64,000 nt of DNA, taken from NCBI GenBank assembly GCA_030704615.1, contig CM060733.1:41354001-41418000 (forward strand), given 5' to 3'. This document shows positions 36,880-53,700 of this stretch, one piece after another. The position numbers were made by a program, and so were the translations under genes. This DNA comes from Takakia lepidozioides. Its lineage: Eukaryota > Plantae > Bryophyta. Position 1 is the first letter of the stretch, and every line of letters begins with the position of its first letter. The notes beneath the pieces are model-generated. The model did no database searches. It saw nothing but the letters and a program-made list of their open reading frames with translations, and was not told the origin of the DNA.

Positions 36880-39699
36880 TGGAAGAAGGATAGGCTCAAG
36901 TGTCATTTTTGTGAGGAGGTTCATAAATGACAAAATCCAGTTAAACCGGCATTGTGTGGACACGGGATGCAAGGCCACCATTCCTCCTGATTTCAAGCCC
37001 TGGCCCATACCAGTATCATAGAAAGCACGAGACGACGCTGTTTTCAGAACCCGCGGCGCAAACCCAGTCCCTCGAAGTTATGAAGAATTGCGCCAACGGT
37101 ACTGGCGGGCTGCTGGAAGGGTGGCTAGAACGGGTTTGGAGGAAGTGCCTCCCCGCAAGTGAAAACTCAGTGATGGGGCCTCGACCCGGTGAATGGGCGG
37201 TGGGCTTATGAGCTCACCCCAAGGGTCGTACTGGCGGGGCCCGCCCGTACATTCATGACCCTATTATTAAACAATGAGAGGCCTTAATTATAGTGAGAGG
37301 AGAAAATAAACCTCTTTTATCATTAGGCCGGGTTTAGACACAGGCCATGATATGAGCGGCCAAAATCGTTTGGCTGCTCATCTCAGGTACTTGTTGGGAT
37401 GATGTGACAGGCTGAAACGAAATGTGTGTGAAGTGTCGACAGGCTAAAACGCGGACAACCAACAATCGGACGGCCTCCATCGCAGACTCCACGACTTGCA
37501 TTCCATCTCCATTGGGGGGGTTGGTATCCTGTGAGCACGGCGTGAGCACAACAGTCATAAGAATTACATGTTAACAGGCACGGTACATATGAGTACCTTC
37601 AAAGTTATTTTCTCAATGCGAAAATAACTTTTCTAGGGCTTAAACTGCCGATACCCAAACTGAAAACCACAATTTTTGTTTTTCTGGGGTATCCGGTTCG
37701 CATAACGTGAAGAAACCCCACACCTATAGGGTAACATGTTTATCGTGTTACTTGTTTTTTAAGTGATGCTGTGAGGGCCTATGTGAGCAATTAAAAATAG
37801 TTTTGCAAAGTTTTTAGTTTCTCAATTTTAGTTTCGCTGGGGAGTATTCGAAAGGCATCTAGGGAATATCCTGAATATTCGCTTGTGCTCACGTGAGCAA
37901 AACATCGACAAAACCTTTTGGCCGCTCAACCATTCTTGGGATGAGCTAAAAGCTTGTTCTCAGTTTTGGCTGCTCAAAAGTGCCACATATGCATCCAGCA
38001 GTGCCACCTAGATTGGGAGTTTTTCATTGACAGGCCATGTCTAAACTATCCACCGGCCAAAACCTGAAATTCGTCCAATCATTGACCACCATCGTATTTT
38101 TGCCACTCCTTTCGACGCAGGCTAAACCTGGGCTTACTTTGCCGCACAGGGCTCAAGAAGGAGGGGGAAAAAAAAATAAAATCATACCAAACCCAACAAG
38201 GTAGCAGGATTTGAACCCAGGATGACGTGGGTGACACACTTTGCAGATTGAGCTATGGACTGTTGGCGTTTTTTACCTGGTGGTACATATTTTGTTTCAA
38301 CTTCAACTTTTAATTACTATACTAAGGCTTAAAGCACTTAGTACTTAGTGATGACTTTAGTGAATATGTCGAAGATAATATAATGGATTTGAGGTCAAAT
38401 AAAAAAGATGTGCGATGGAAATGACACCTGTCTAAGTGACAATATTGACATGACTGATCATGTTTAAGGGACAATTGTAACAATTCCATATTTGCGTACA
38501 TCTTAACACATGCACAATCTAGTTCGTCACACATATTTCCTGAAAATAAATCTCAACGATTTCACTTATGCATTTAGATGTGCAAAGATGTTTTACATAG
38601 AATGACTAGATACAGAGTACAGCTTTTCACATATTTTTAGTTAGTTATTTATTTATTTCTAACGAACAGGGGACCTGAGTGGCCCTGGAATTTTTTTATG
38701 TACTTGTTTTGAATGGAAAAAACTAGTAGCATGCTATAGATACAGAAAAAACATAGAAATATGAATTATTTTGAAAAGGCATTGGACGGATGAACGAGGA
38801 GCACGTGAGAGTGAGCGTCTTGTTGGCCGCGCTGCTCGTCTCTCACCCACTGATCTTATGTCACTGCTGCCCTGCCGAGCAGGTGTTGATTGTGAGTGTT
38901 GTGGGGCCATTTGCAGCGTGATGGCTAGTGCGGAGGCAGCCAAATACCACAACCGCTGCTCTTGGATCGATCAGTGAACGGAGAGTGGAGTCTCAAGCGA
39001 AGCTTCACAGGATTGAAGCCTGCATGGCTGAAGGCAAGGCAACCAGCTTTCGCATAGCTTATCAACTGCCAACCATTCACCACAAAATCCCTGCTGCAAC
39101 ATCATCGCCGCCGCCGCCGCCCAACAGGTTTCTAAAATAAAGCAGAGGAAGTTTATTACAGTACTATGCAGGCGCCATGGCGTTCGCCTTCGCCTCCAGC
39201 CAATTTGAATCACGACCTTCGGCATGTCACGACATGGTGCGGACGAGTTCATCGGTGCTGCAGCTTGGTTCTCCTACGACTGCTTGAGTACTATCATCCC
39301 ATTTTTGTCCCTAGCCAGCCCATAAAGGCCCAGACAATGAGTACATAGCTGGGTTGCTGGTTGTTTGCCCGTGCCGAGATTCCCGGAAAGTATGCTGTTG
39401 ATTGTCGTATCAGAGCGCAGCTGCATGCGCAGATGCCCAAATCAGGTACCCAATTCGACCATGAGATCCTCAAATGTACGCTGCTGCCGCCGACGTAAAG
39501 TCCAGTAGGACCCAGCGATGGTGCCAGGACTCGTGTGCCTTACGTTGTCGAACGCCGCATATGACATGCCAGTCCCGCCTGGCATTCTCCAGGGCAATAT
39601 TTTAGAGCCGTGTGTGTATATTTCACTTTAGGCGTAAGAAGATGGTGGTTGAGCGCATGCACGTGGAACTTCCAGGCACTGTACAGTCTTTACATCAAG

Positions 39700-41130
39700 G
39701 TGGGTTTAGGCCCAGGACCTGGAAATGATCAAGGGCTGCTGGAGAGACGCTGCTGAAGCATCATGTGTGTATGAAGAGAGCTGCATTCCTAGCAGAAAAT
39801 TTGCACCAGCTCGCGCTCGGAGCATCTTGCGAGCTGAACCCAGAAGGGCCCAGGCCTTCCTCCCCTCAGTCGTCAGGTCCGCATGTATTCTAAACATAAG
39901 GAGCCTAATGCTGGGGGCTGTCCCATCGAAAACAAACCTGCATTTGACTTTCCAAACATGCCAAAGGGGAGATAGCCCTTAGGCATGTCCATATCGAACA
40001 AGCAGACCAGATCGAGCAAGCAAAAAGATTGAGCAGAATCAGATCATGGGACAAAAGAGGAAGACTAGCCCAGTTAGAGTAATAGGCTGAGATGGCAGGC
40101 CAAACTTTGGCTGCCATGGGGCAAGTCAGCAAACAGTGCTCGATAGATTCCTCAATCTGAACAAGACAAAGAGAACAGTTAGAAGAGTCTGAGCTGGGAG
40201 AGAATGCAACAGGCCGAATGCGACTAACAATTTTCCACACAAATGCAGAGACTCTAGCCGGTCTGTCTTTCCTCCAAACTTCTCTCCAGATATGCTTCAA
40301 AGCCGTTAAGGGAAGGCTAAACTGCCATTTCGTGTTACGACAGCAGTGCGCACCATTGAGGGCCTAAGAAGAGAATACCAATTTTGCAGAATAACCTAAG
40401 GAGGAAGGAGTGTGCTTTCTATCCATCGATCATGTCCGAAGGAATCATGAAATAATGAACTATTTGCTTTGAACCATCTTTGTTGATTACCTAACAATGG
40501 AGATGCGCCCGTAAGGGCATATGACGAGATGTGTACACTGGCAATAGGATATTGCAAGCACCAAAAAAGCTTGGCATGAAGAGCCCAATCTTCTTCAGCC
40601 CCCAAAGGAGGGGAAGGGACGTTCGGAGCACCGTCCAAACAATTGAATACTCCGATGTCAAATAAACCAGAGCATGGAAGGGAGACAGAGCCGTGATAAG
40701 AAAAAAGTCCATTAGACAAGGCCTGAAAGGAAAACCCTTGGGCCTAGGATCCCTGCAAGGAGAGGACCAGAATTACTTGACAATGCAAAGGCGGGGCACA
40801 ACCTTTCCAAGCCGGAAGCACTGTCTAGGGCCATTAATCAACAGTTGAAAAACTGCATCATGCACCACCCCAGCAAGGAGTTGCCAGAAACTGGCAATGC
40901 TTCTGTTACCGAGAGCTGTAAGAGAGTAAGAAGCTTCCGATCCCATATGTGACCCACATGAGAGAAGCCAGCTGCCACCCTATGTGCCAATTTTTGGGAA
41001 AGAACCAGCAATTCCTTTGAATCCATGTTGTAATTACCAAACAATGGTTGAGGGAATGCTTCATCGAAGGTGCGGTCTATTATGGGGGAGGTCAGAGATC
41101 ATCCACAATCGCATCCCCAAGGATTTAGGG
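39700..41130 (-). mobile_element. Degenerate L1-type LINE 3' fragment (zf-RVT)
   Basis: WREVW...RVSAFVWKI...CSLC...ESIEHCLLTCPMAAKVW in ORF 39905-40300; boundaries approximate. Confidence 0.75.
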
Positions 41131-41837
41131 GGTGGGGGTACATTAGATTGAAGGTGAAAATAGGGGAGTCATGTCAACTTCTTGAAACTTGTGAGCATGT
41201 TTATTACTCTTTTATCGAAAAACAAAATACTGCCAAGCCCACAAAGTTGTCATGTCTACCACTACATCTGTCACTCACACTGCCATGCAGACAATGCTCT
41301 TATTCACCCCTTGCATGGAGCCTACTTCCGACTCAACTTCATCAACATGCTGCACATCCAAAGACATCATTTTACCTGGAAAGCAAGACACTGCCTACTT
41401 TCCCTGCCTCTATTGCCATATTTCAATCCACCATCATAGCAGCCTTGACCAGTCCAGTCAGTTTTCCGTCATAGTAGCAGATTCCCATGTACCATGTATT
41501 ATTGATGGACTGATGATCATAAATAATGTTGTCCTAGGAAAAAATTGTGGCCTACATCAACAAATGGTCGTCTCTGAGGTGGCTTGGAAATCCTGAAGCA
41601 CAGCTACAGCAACTAACCAGTGTAGGCTCTTACTTATGGTTTCCTAACCATGACCAGGAGTATAATATCTGCAGAACTTTAGTGTAATATCTGCTCCCTT
41701 CTGCCAATTTTCACTACAAAAAACATCGGCAGCTACAGTACTAGAATCTTTTACTTAAATCAGAGTTTTATGTCTAGTGGGATTGTCACTGTGGAAGCTC
41801 TCAATGGGTTCATACAAGGGACTACTTCCTAAGACTC

Positions 41838-45175
<3,338 letters not shown>

Positions 45176-46542
45176 TGTTCTCGACAACCCAGATACGTGC
45201 TGTGGCTGCTTGAGAGCAAGAGAGAGCGGTGACAGTTTGAAGAGCCCTAAAGAGCTTTCCCCCTCTCGACGTGTCCTCGTATGGATCTTCCTTTCTGAAC
45301 TTTGAACTTTAGTAATTTGTGGCGCAAGCCCCCACTGCGTAAGCGAAATCCGAACGTTGCATTCTGTGTGCAACAACCCCTCCCCTTTTTGTTTTGCGGG
45401 TGTTTGTGTGTGAAGGGTGGGGGGGGGGGAGGGGAAACTTAGGCAAAAACTTATATGAAGAGCAAATTGTGTGACGCATGAGCCAGCAGCCGACCTACTC
45501 GACCGATCGTTCAGTGCGCGCTGTGCTTTTGGTTGAAAGTGAGAATTGAGGTCCTGTTACTTTGGTACCTACGTACATACATCCCATTCCGCATTCGTCT
45601 GCCTACAAACTGCCACCAACACTGCCACAACACCAAGTGTCTTCTCTCTTGTCCTTCTCACCACAAGCCAACTCAGGTGCACCTTAGGTAGCAAGAGCCT
45701 CACATATCCACTGAAGCAAAGTCTGAGAGTCAATTCCCGTTTCTATCTCTTGTGGATTCAAATCGACAACGATCAAGCTGGAAGCTTGCCAAGTTGAAGG
45801 AGTTGGCAGTAATGTGTTGGGGGCAATCTGTGGCTGCCAGTGTATCAAGATATTGGATATTCCTCACACAACATACTCTTAAATTCCACAATTCTATGGC
45901 TACCCTTGTTCAACATCTTTTTGGAGCACTTTCAACCGCTTGAACTCCACAATTTTCTTCAAGCCTCCTGTTCCTGGCATAATATGTTCACAACTCTGCA
46001 ACTATCTAATTCATGGCTTAGCTGCTGCTGTTAGAATCATACTTGAATTATCACCATCTTGGGCAGCTCACCGATAGTCCAGTACTGTTGTCACAGTCTA
46101 TGACACAGAGAAGACTCCAGCTGAAGCTATGCATAAATAAGAGCCACTTCCCCTTGATACTGTCCCTTGTCTCTAAGAGGGAGTGTGTTTAGATCAGCTT
46201 CAATTCTCCCTTAACTAGAGACAAACAAATCATTTGACCGTCGCATGTAAAGGAGGCACTTTCTTTCACTCATGTTCATTTCTTCAGTATTCACCACAAG
46301 AACAAACCCCATATGGAGAGGCGGTCAACCACCTGGAAAGTCGTTGCAGGGGGTTTTACTTCGGAGCCAAAAGTCAATGGCCAGCAAAATGAAAATTCTC
46401 TGTGCTGCTATTCCCCGGCTCCTCAATCTGCCCAGACAAAGTCTCAGCTTAACATGGATTTTCTCATTTTTGGATGAGATGTGTCCTTCAAATCTATGCA
46501 TGCAGTTGGCCACCTCATTGCGGCGGCACACTGGCGTCTTTG

Positions 46543-49500
46543 TCACACGTCTTGCATTATTCTTCTTATCTTGGCTGTCTTTTCCCACATACCTGCGATA
46601 GCATAGATGTCCGATAACAGCACATAAGCTCCAGGGTGCTCTGGATCCAACTGGAGAAGACATTTTGCTGCACGTTCTGCTACCTCCACATTGCCATGAA
46701 TTCTGCAGGCACCAAGCAAGGCCCCCCACACTGCAGCATCTGGTTTGAAGGGCATTTTGCTAATAAAATCCTCTCCCTCATCCAATTGCCCTGCTCGACC
46801 AAGAAGGTCCACCATGCAGACAAAATGCTCTACTGTAGGAGTGATGCTATGATCTCGATTCATGGACTCAAAGTATTGACGGCCTTCATGTACAAGGCCC
46901 AAATGGCTACATGCAGAAAGAACACTTGTAAAGGTGAAACCATCCGGCTTCCAGCCTTTCTGTTGCATTTGCTCAAAGACTTGGAGGGCCTCCCTACCAC
47001 ACCCATGCTGTCCATATCCTGCAATCATGGCGTTCCATGAGACCACATTTTGTTGAGCCATATTGTTGAATGCTTGACGCGCATCCTTCATGCTCCCGCA
47101 CTTGGCATACATGTCAACTAGGGTAGTCTCCAGAATGACATTTTGGGGAATTTGGGCTTTGTTGATATCAGCGTGGACCTCTTTACCTTTTTCCAGGGCT
47201 CCCAGGCTGGCACAAGCATTAAGAACACACACAAATGTGACCTGGTCGGGCACTACACCTTTGCGCATCATTTTCTCATAGACCTCCAAAGCCTCCCTAC
47301 CACACCCATGCTGTGCGTAACCTGCAATCATGGCGGTCCATGAGACCACATCTTGTTGAGCCATACTGTCGAACACGTGAAGTGCATCCTCCATGCTGCC
47401 ACATTTAACATACATATTAACCAGGGTATTCTCCAGAATGATATTTGGTGCAATTTTGGCTTTGTTGATGTCAGCGAGGACCTCTTTGCCCTTTTCCAGG
47501 GCGCCCAGGCTGGCACATGCATTGAGAACGCACACAAATGTAACCTGGGTTGGCGTCACTCCTTCCTGTATCATTTGCTCATAGGTCTCCAAAGCCTTCC
47601 AACTACACCCATGCTGTGTATACCCTCGGATCATGGCATTCCACGAGACCACATCATGTTGAGCCATACTATTGAACGCTTCAAGTGCATCCTGCATGCT
47701 CCCACATTTTGCATACATGTAAACTAAGCTACTCTCCAAAATGATATTTGGTACAACTCTGGCTTTGTTGATATTGGCATGGATCTCTTTTCCCTTTTCC
47801 AGGGCTGCTAGGCTGGCACAGGCATTAAGAGCGGACACAAATGTGACCTGGTCAGGTGTTACCCCTTCCCATATCATTTGCTGATAGGTATCCAAAGCTT
47901 TCCTGCCACACCCATGCTGTGCATATCCTGCGATCATGATATTCCATGATACCACATCATGTTGAGCCATATTGTTGAACACTTGACATGCGTCCTGCAT
48001 GCTCCCGCATTTGGCATACATGTCAACTAGGGTATTCTCCAGCACGATAGTTGGCTGAATTGCCGCTTTCTTCATGTCAGTGTGGATCCGTTTGCCCTTT
48101 TCCAGGGCTCCTAGGCTGGCACACACCTTGAGAACACAAATGAAAGTGACCTGGTCAGGTGCCACCCCATCCTGTATCATTAGCTCATAGGTCTCCAAAG
48201 CCTCCCTACTACACCCATGTCTGGCATATCCGGCGATCATTATGGTCCAGGTAAACAAAGATCGTTCAGACATTATTTCAAACACCTTCCTGGCATCAAC
48301 GACAGTTCCGCACTTGGCATACATGTTGACAAAGGTGTTGAGTAGGAAGGTGCTCGGCTTAAATCCACTTTTGATCATGTGGGCTTGCACCTGCTTTCCC
48401 TCTGCCAGGCATTTACTCTTGATGCACTCCTGCAAGAGACATACATAAGTATCGGAGTCTGCCACAATGCCTCCTTGGTTCAAAGTGCGCAGCGCCTCTT
48501 TCAGTTGTCCTGCCTTACACAGTCTCCTCACATCCCCACTAGTACCACAAGAGTTCTTGTTGGCTCCCTCACCTGAACCTCTTTCAAAGGCACTGGACAT
48601 CGTGGATGTGCCCAATTCAAACACCTCTATTGCTGCTGTTTCCAGATGACCATCTACCCAGGCAGGTCGCTTGTAGCTGTCAGTCCACAGTGCCTTGTTG
48701 GTATAATCAAAGTCAGGTCCTCTGGAACTGAGCTGCACTCACACACCATTCCTACCTTTGTTAGTTTTCCCTGCCTCCACAAAAGATGAATAGATCCATC
48801 CCTTCCCTGACAATGACCACCCGTCATTTGAAAGTAAAACTTCACCCTACTAGATGCTATACGAATTGAATTGACAGCAAGACTTGAACATAACCGTGTG
48901 AGAGAGACCGAGGAAAGAAGGAAAGGAAGTTTGATGTCCAGTGATTCGCAGAACACTCCCAGCAGATCTAGCATGGCTCAGTGGATCAATGGGCATCTGT
49001 CTTTCACAGTGTGGTGTGAGTGAGAGAGACAGAGAGATGGTATCCTTGCGACCACCAGCTCCTGCATGCTGGAGTAATTCAAACTCGACACACAACCTCT
49101 CTAGGTTGCTCAGGGTTTTCAAACACATGAGGGTATGGAGAAGTAGGGCAACATTGTCATACTGCCGGTGCATCCACCCGATTGCAAAGAATTTGACAGC
49201 TGACATTGATGCATGTTGGACAGCGCCACGTTCATATCACCACTTACTGCTGTTCCGTGAGTCCTCCACCTTAGAAATGACCCATGTGGCTGTGGTTGAC
49301 TGCCACGCACACTGAAATGTGAAAAGCTATGTGGGGAGAGAATGTATTCACTGTTCTCAAGCTTCAACTCAACAGCTTAGAATAAAAAGCATTCCTCAAA
49401 GCATAAGCTTCCTTCCACTGCTCCTCCAGTCCTCTAAATTGCAAGAGATGCCATACATGTCAGTGTGGTTGTGCAGTCACGAGGGAATTGAGAGGACAAT

Positions 49501-49809
49501 GAGCTTGCATAATCCACAAAGTAGAGGGCAAGAGGAGTAGCCCAATAGACATGTGCCACTGTGCATGTAGATGCATTGCCAGTTTCAATGTTGAAAAGAT
49601 AGGGAAACCAACGAGAGAGAGAGAGAGAGAGAGAGGCTACCATTACTTTGCGGCAAATCTCTACTGTGCGTGTTGTGTCTGCTTTGCTTCTAGCGTAGCA
49701 TCACAGGCAATCACCTTACTGCTTCGATCGTCCCACCACTGACTGGGTTTTGAAAAATATTCGTTCCAAAGCTTCTCCTCGTCTCTATTTTCGCGCTTTG
49801 GATATAAGC
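46543..49809 (-). CDS. PDF-motif / PLS-class PPR-E protein (about 17 PPR motifs plus E1 and E2; E+ frameshifted); 5' end unresolved, possibly a pseudogene
   Basis: Exon ~49809-49715 (EKLWNEYFSKPSQWWDDRSSK, GT donor) and exon 48732-46543 (RGPDFDYTNKALW...PAWV, L-S, 4x P-L-S, P2-L2-S2, E1, E2). An E+-like sequence continues in another frame to ~46420. Confidence 0.85.
49613..49634. repeat. (GA)11 microsatellite in an intron
   Basis: Direct reading. Confidence 0.9.
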
Positions 49810-50788
49810 CCGTGTGGGTAACTTCTTTGCTGATTATGACGACTGATGGACGTGTCCACTCATTTTTGTCCACCTCCAGATGACCCCTTTGCTCATTCCC
49901 ATGTACATAACCATCCTCCTCCTCTTCTGATCTGCAAATCCCCGAATTTGACTTGAAATTGCTCGAAAAAAATCTCCATACGATGTGGTTGAGAAAATGC
50001 AGGGGAGCATAGAGTGTGTACATCCTAAAATTCAGCCCAGAGCCAGGCTTACATGCACCATAGCCTTGCGGAGGCTTGTGAGGGCACCCCAAAATGTCTC
50101 GTGAGCACGTGGAGAAGGCAGGCATGTTTTCCACGGGTGCCATGAATACCACATGCGCTCCCACATTTCTTCTCCAACTTTTTTGCCAAACCCTTATGGA
50201 TTGCCAAATTGGCGTGCCCCTTCCCCGACTCATTTGGGTATGTCACGAATTCACAGAAAGCTCTGTGTATTCGCCGTGTTCGAGTGCTTGGAAACAGAAA
50301 TCGACTCCAGTGCTATCCCTGCAGCAGCAACAAACAAGCTGCCAAGCTGAGGTGGCATTTATAAAGCGATGGCAGGCATGTTGGGGCGCTACATAAACCC
50401 ATGTCTGAGCGTGTACTGGACAAACCCGATTCTCAACCAATCACAGAGCGTTGTCGTATGTCCGGTCGCTAGTCCCAAGCCAGACGACGACGACAGAAGG
50501 AGGTGACAGAGGTGAAGTTTGATAGAAGCTGGCAAGTGCAGACGAGAGCGGGCAGCCTCTCTTATTATTGTTCGCGTTTGGGGGACTGCGTGAGAGAGGG
50601 AGAGAGATGAAGTGTCTTTGGAAAGAACACAAGGAAAGAGACGGAAGACATGATAGTTCACACCTACGATATGCGCGATCCTGGAAGCTGGATCATCGTT
50701 TTCCAAGTCCCCATGTTGCCTTAGCCTCCTTGGTTGCAAGTAGACGGAGCAAACATATCTTTCTGCCTCTTCTCACTCACCGGCGGGG

Positions 50789-53700
50789 ATGGCAGCGTCG
50801 TCCCGCGTTCTCCTGCACGCGCATGCCCACACCACACCAAAGGCCCTGACCTTTCGATTCGCTCATGCGAGAGGCCTCGCGTCATGCAGCGGATTAAAGG
50901 GCTGTGCTGTGGAGCTTAAAGAAGCATCCCCCTTGGCAATGCATAGAGGACAGAGTCTCTTGCATATGGTGGCTATGGCGCCTTGGGAGATGCCATTCAA
51001 ATTGGGTATGTACACGAAACGCCTAGCGGTTTATTTTCTTGTATGCATGAGTCGTACGATCGAGGGTCGGAATTGTCCTCTGCTCAATTCTGCAGAAACG
51101 AATGTACGCTGGGCGTAGAAGCAAGAAACGCACGGGATCGTCAGACAGGGCCGACAATTGATAAATCTGGCGCGTAGGTGAACGCGGGAGCATGGAACAG
51201 CGCTGGCAGGAGTTGTTTAAAGATCCTTCACAATGGTGGGACAGTAACCTGGACAAGGTGAGCTTTCTTCATGTAGGATGTGAAGGAGTTGGAGGGAGTT
51301 TGACTGAACGCTGGTATGATCATATTGTGAGGACTGGATTATACCCGTTGTCGTTGCGTGAAGTTAGAATCTCACTCTGTTTTGCAAAAATGGCTTTTAC
51401 TGTCCGTATCATAGTTTGTTCTTTCTGAGCATGGCATGAATGTAGGATGCGCAGCGGCTCAGCTGTAGGGTTGAGACTGTGGCTGCTCAGCTGCTCCCTG
51501 GCCGTTTTCACAGACCACTCCAAAATCTCCATACTACAGACATAAGCTTGTATATCATCTGTGTAAGTTTGGACATGTTTTATATGTTCCTCATTGTGTA
51601 CAGTCCAATTGAGCCGAAAGTGGCTTGCATGAAGTCTGTTGAAAGCTCACTGCTCCTCCGCAAAGGAACTTGTCAAAATGAAATGTTGATGTTGTTGGAT
51701 TTTCGGGCACAAAGGTCTACCGTGGAGCATGGAGCAGCGCTGGCATGAGTCTTTTAAAGATCCTTCACGATGGTGGGACAACCACAATCTCAAGGTATGG
51801 CTTTCTCAATGTACAACGTGAAGAGGTTTGTCTGGCATGCAAATGTGGGCTCTTCCTGTCAGTATCATGATGTGTTACAAGATACTTGGGAGGGTCTTAG
51901 GAGGCCGTGTTTAAGCTCAGCTGCACCGTGGTGGTTCTCACAGACCAATCCGAGATCACCCGCCTACAGACACAAGCAGCACACACAAGATGTCCTTTTG
52001 GGTTGATGGTCGGTGGAATGCTCTGTGGGTGAAAGAAAAGCTAGCTGCTTTCATGACACTAGGTCAAGGACCATGTGGTGAGGGCATCTTCTTCTTCAAC
52101 ATTTCAGGTCGTCCCCAAGTTTTTATGTTGAATTCTCCAAGTTAGCTTGTTGTGGTTTGGAGTAATTTTGACATGTTACTGCCAACGTGCCAACAGGAAA
52201 GTATCCAAAAACAGATAACAGAGGTGAGGAGAAGCTTTGGAATGAATATTTTTCAGAGACCAGTCAATGGAGGGACAATCGAGGCCGAAAGGTGAATGCC
52301 TGTTAGATTACAGAGAGGCATGGCAAATCTTTCTTGGAAATTGTCATCCCCAGCACATTTTTAAAGGCAATTCAGCATAGGAACTAGTGTGTGATAAGTA
52401 GGGTTGGGGTGTTTTCATGAACAAATCTAGGCTGCCATTGTCAGCTACTAGGAGCAAGGCAAAGGATCTATACATTATTGGTGCGGAGGCAGGATAGCTG
52501 AAGGAGCCGGGATGGAGTGTGGGTCCAGATTCATCCAAGAGGGCTGGTTTTCAAGCACAAGCTTACCTATGATTCCTTGTGGATCAATAGCTACAAGAAA
52601 CCTGCATGGGTAGATAGTCATTTGGAAGCAGCAGCAGCAGCACAATTGATAAAATCAGGCACCTCCACCATGACCACAGCTTCTGAAAGAGGACCAAGTG
52701 AGGGAGTCAACAATGTCTCGTCTGGCACTTCTGGGCATGTGAGGATGCTATGTGAGGCAGGGCGACTGAAAGATTCTCTACAGACTTTAAACCAAGGAGG
52801 CATTTCAGCAGATTCAGATACTTATGTCATTCTCTTGCATAAGTGCATCAAAATGAAAGGCCTGGAAGCTGGAAAGCAAGTGCACGGTCACATTATTCAG
52901 AGTGGATTCAAGCCAAACGTTTTTCTACACAACACCCTTGTCAACATGTATATTAAGTGCGGGAGCATCGTGGATGCACACCAAGTGTTCAACAAAATGC
53001 CTGAACGAGGGTTGATCACTTGGAATATAATGATGGCAGGATTTAACAAGCATGGGTGTGGTAGGAATACTCTGGAGACATATGAGCAAATGATGCAGGA
53101 GGGGGTGAAGCCCAACCACATCACATTTGTTTGCGTTTGCAATGCATGTGCGAGTCTCGCAGCCCTGGAAAAGGGCAAAGAGGTCCATGGTAACATCATC
53201 AAAGCAGGAATTGTACCAGGTGTCATTCTGAACAGTGCTCTGGTGGACATGTATGCCAAATGCGGGAGCATCAAGGATGCAAAGGGAGTGTTCGACCATA
53301 TGGCTGAACGAAATGTGGTGTCGTGGAACGCGATGATTGCAGGATTTGCCCAGCATGGGTGCCGGATGGAGGCTTTGGTGACCTATGAGCAGATGATGCG
53401 GGAAGGGGTGAAGCCCGACCGGGTCACGTTCATTTGCGTTTGCAATGCGTGTACGAGCCTGGCAGCCCTGGGAAAGGGCAAAGAGGTCCATGGTGACATC
53501 ATCAAAGCTGGAATTGTACCAGATGTCGTTCTGAACACTGCCCTGATGAACATGTATGCCAAATGTGGGAGCATCGAGGATGCAAAGGGAGTGTTTGACC
53601 ATATGACTGAACGAAATGTGGTGTCCTGGAGTGCTATGATTGCAGGATTCGCACAGCATGGGTGTGGGATTGAGGCTTTGGAGACCTATGAGCAAATGAT

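Noticed and set aside
38165-38265. Pol III B-box-like GGTTCAAATCC on the minus strand (tRNA or SINE)
   Set aside because: No cloverleaf, clear A-box or TSD can be built.
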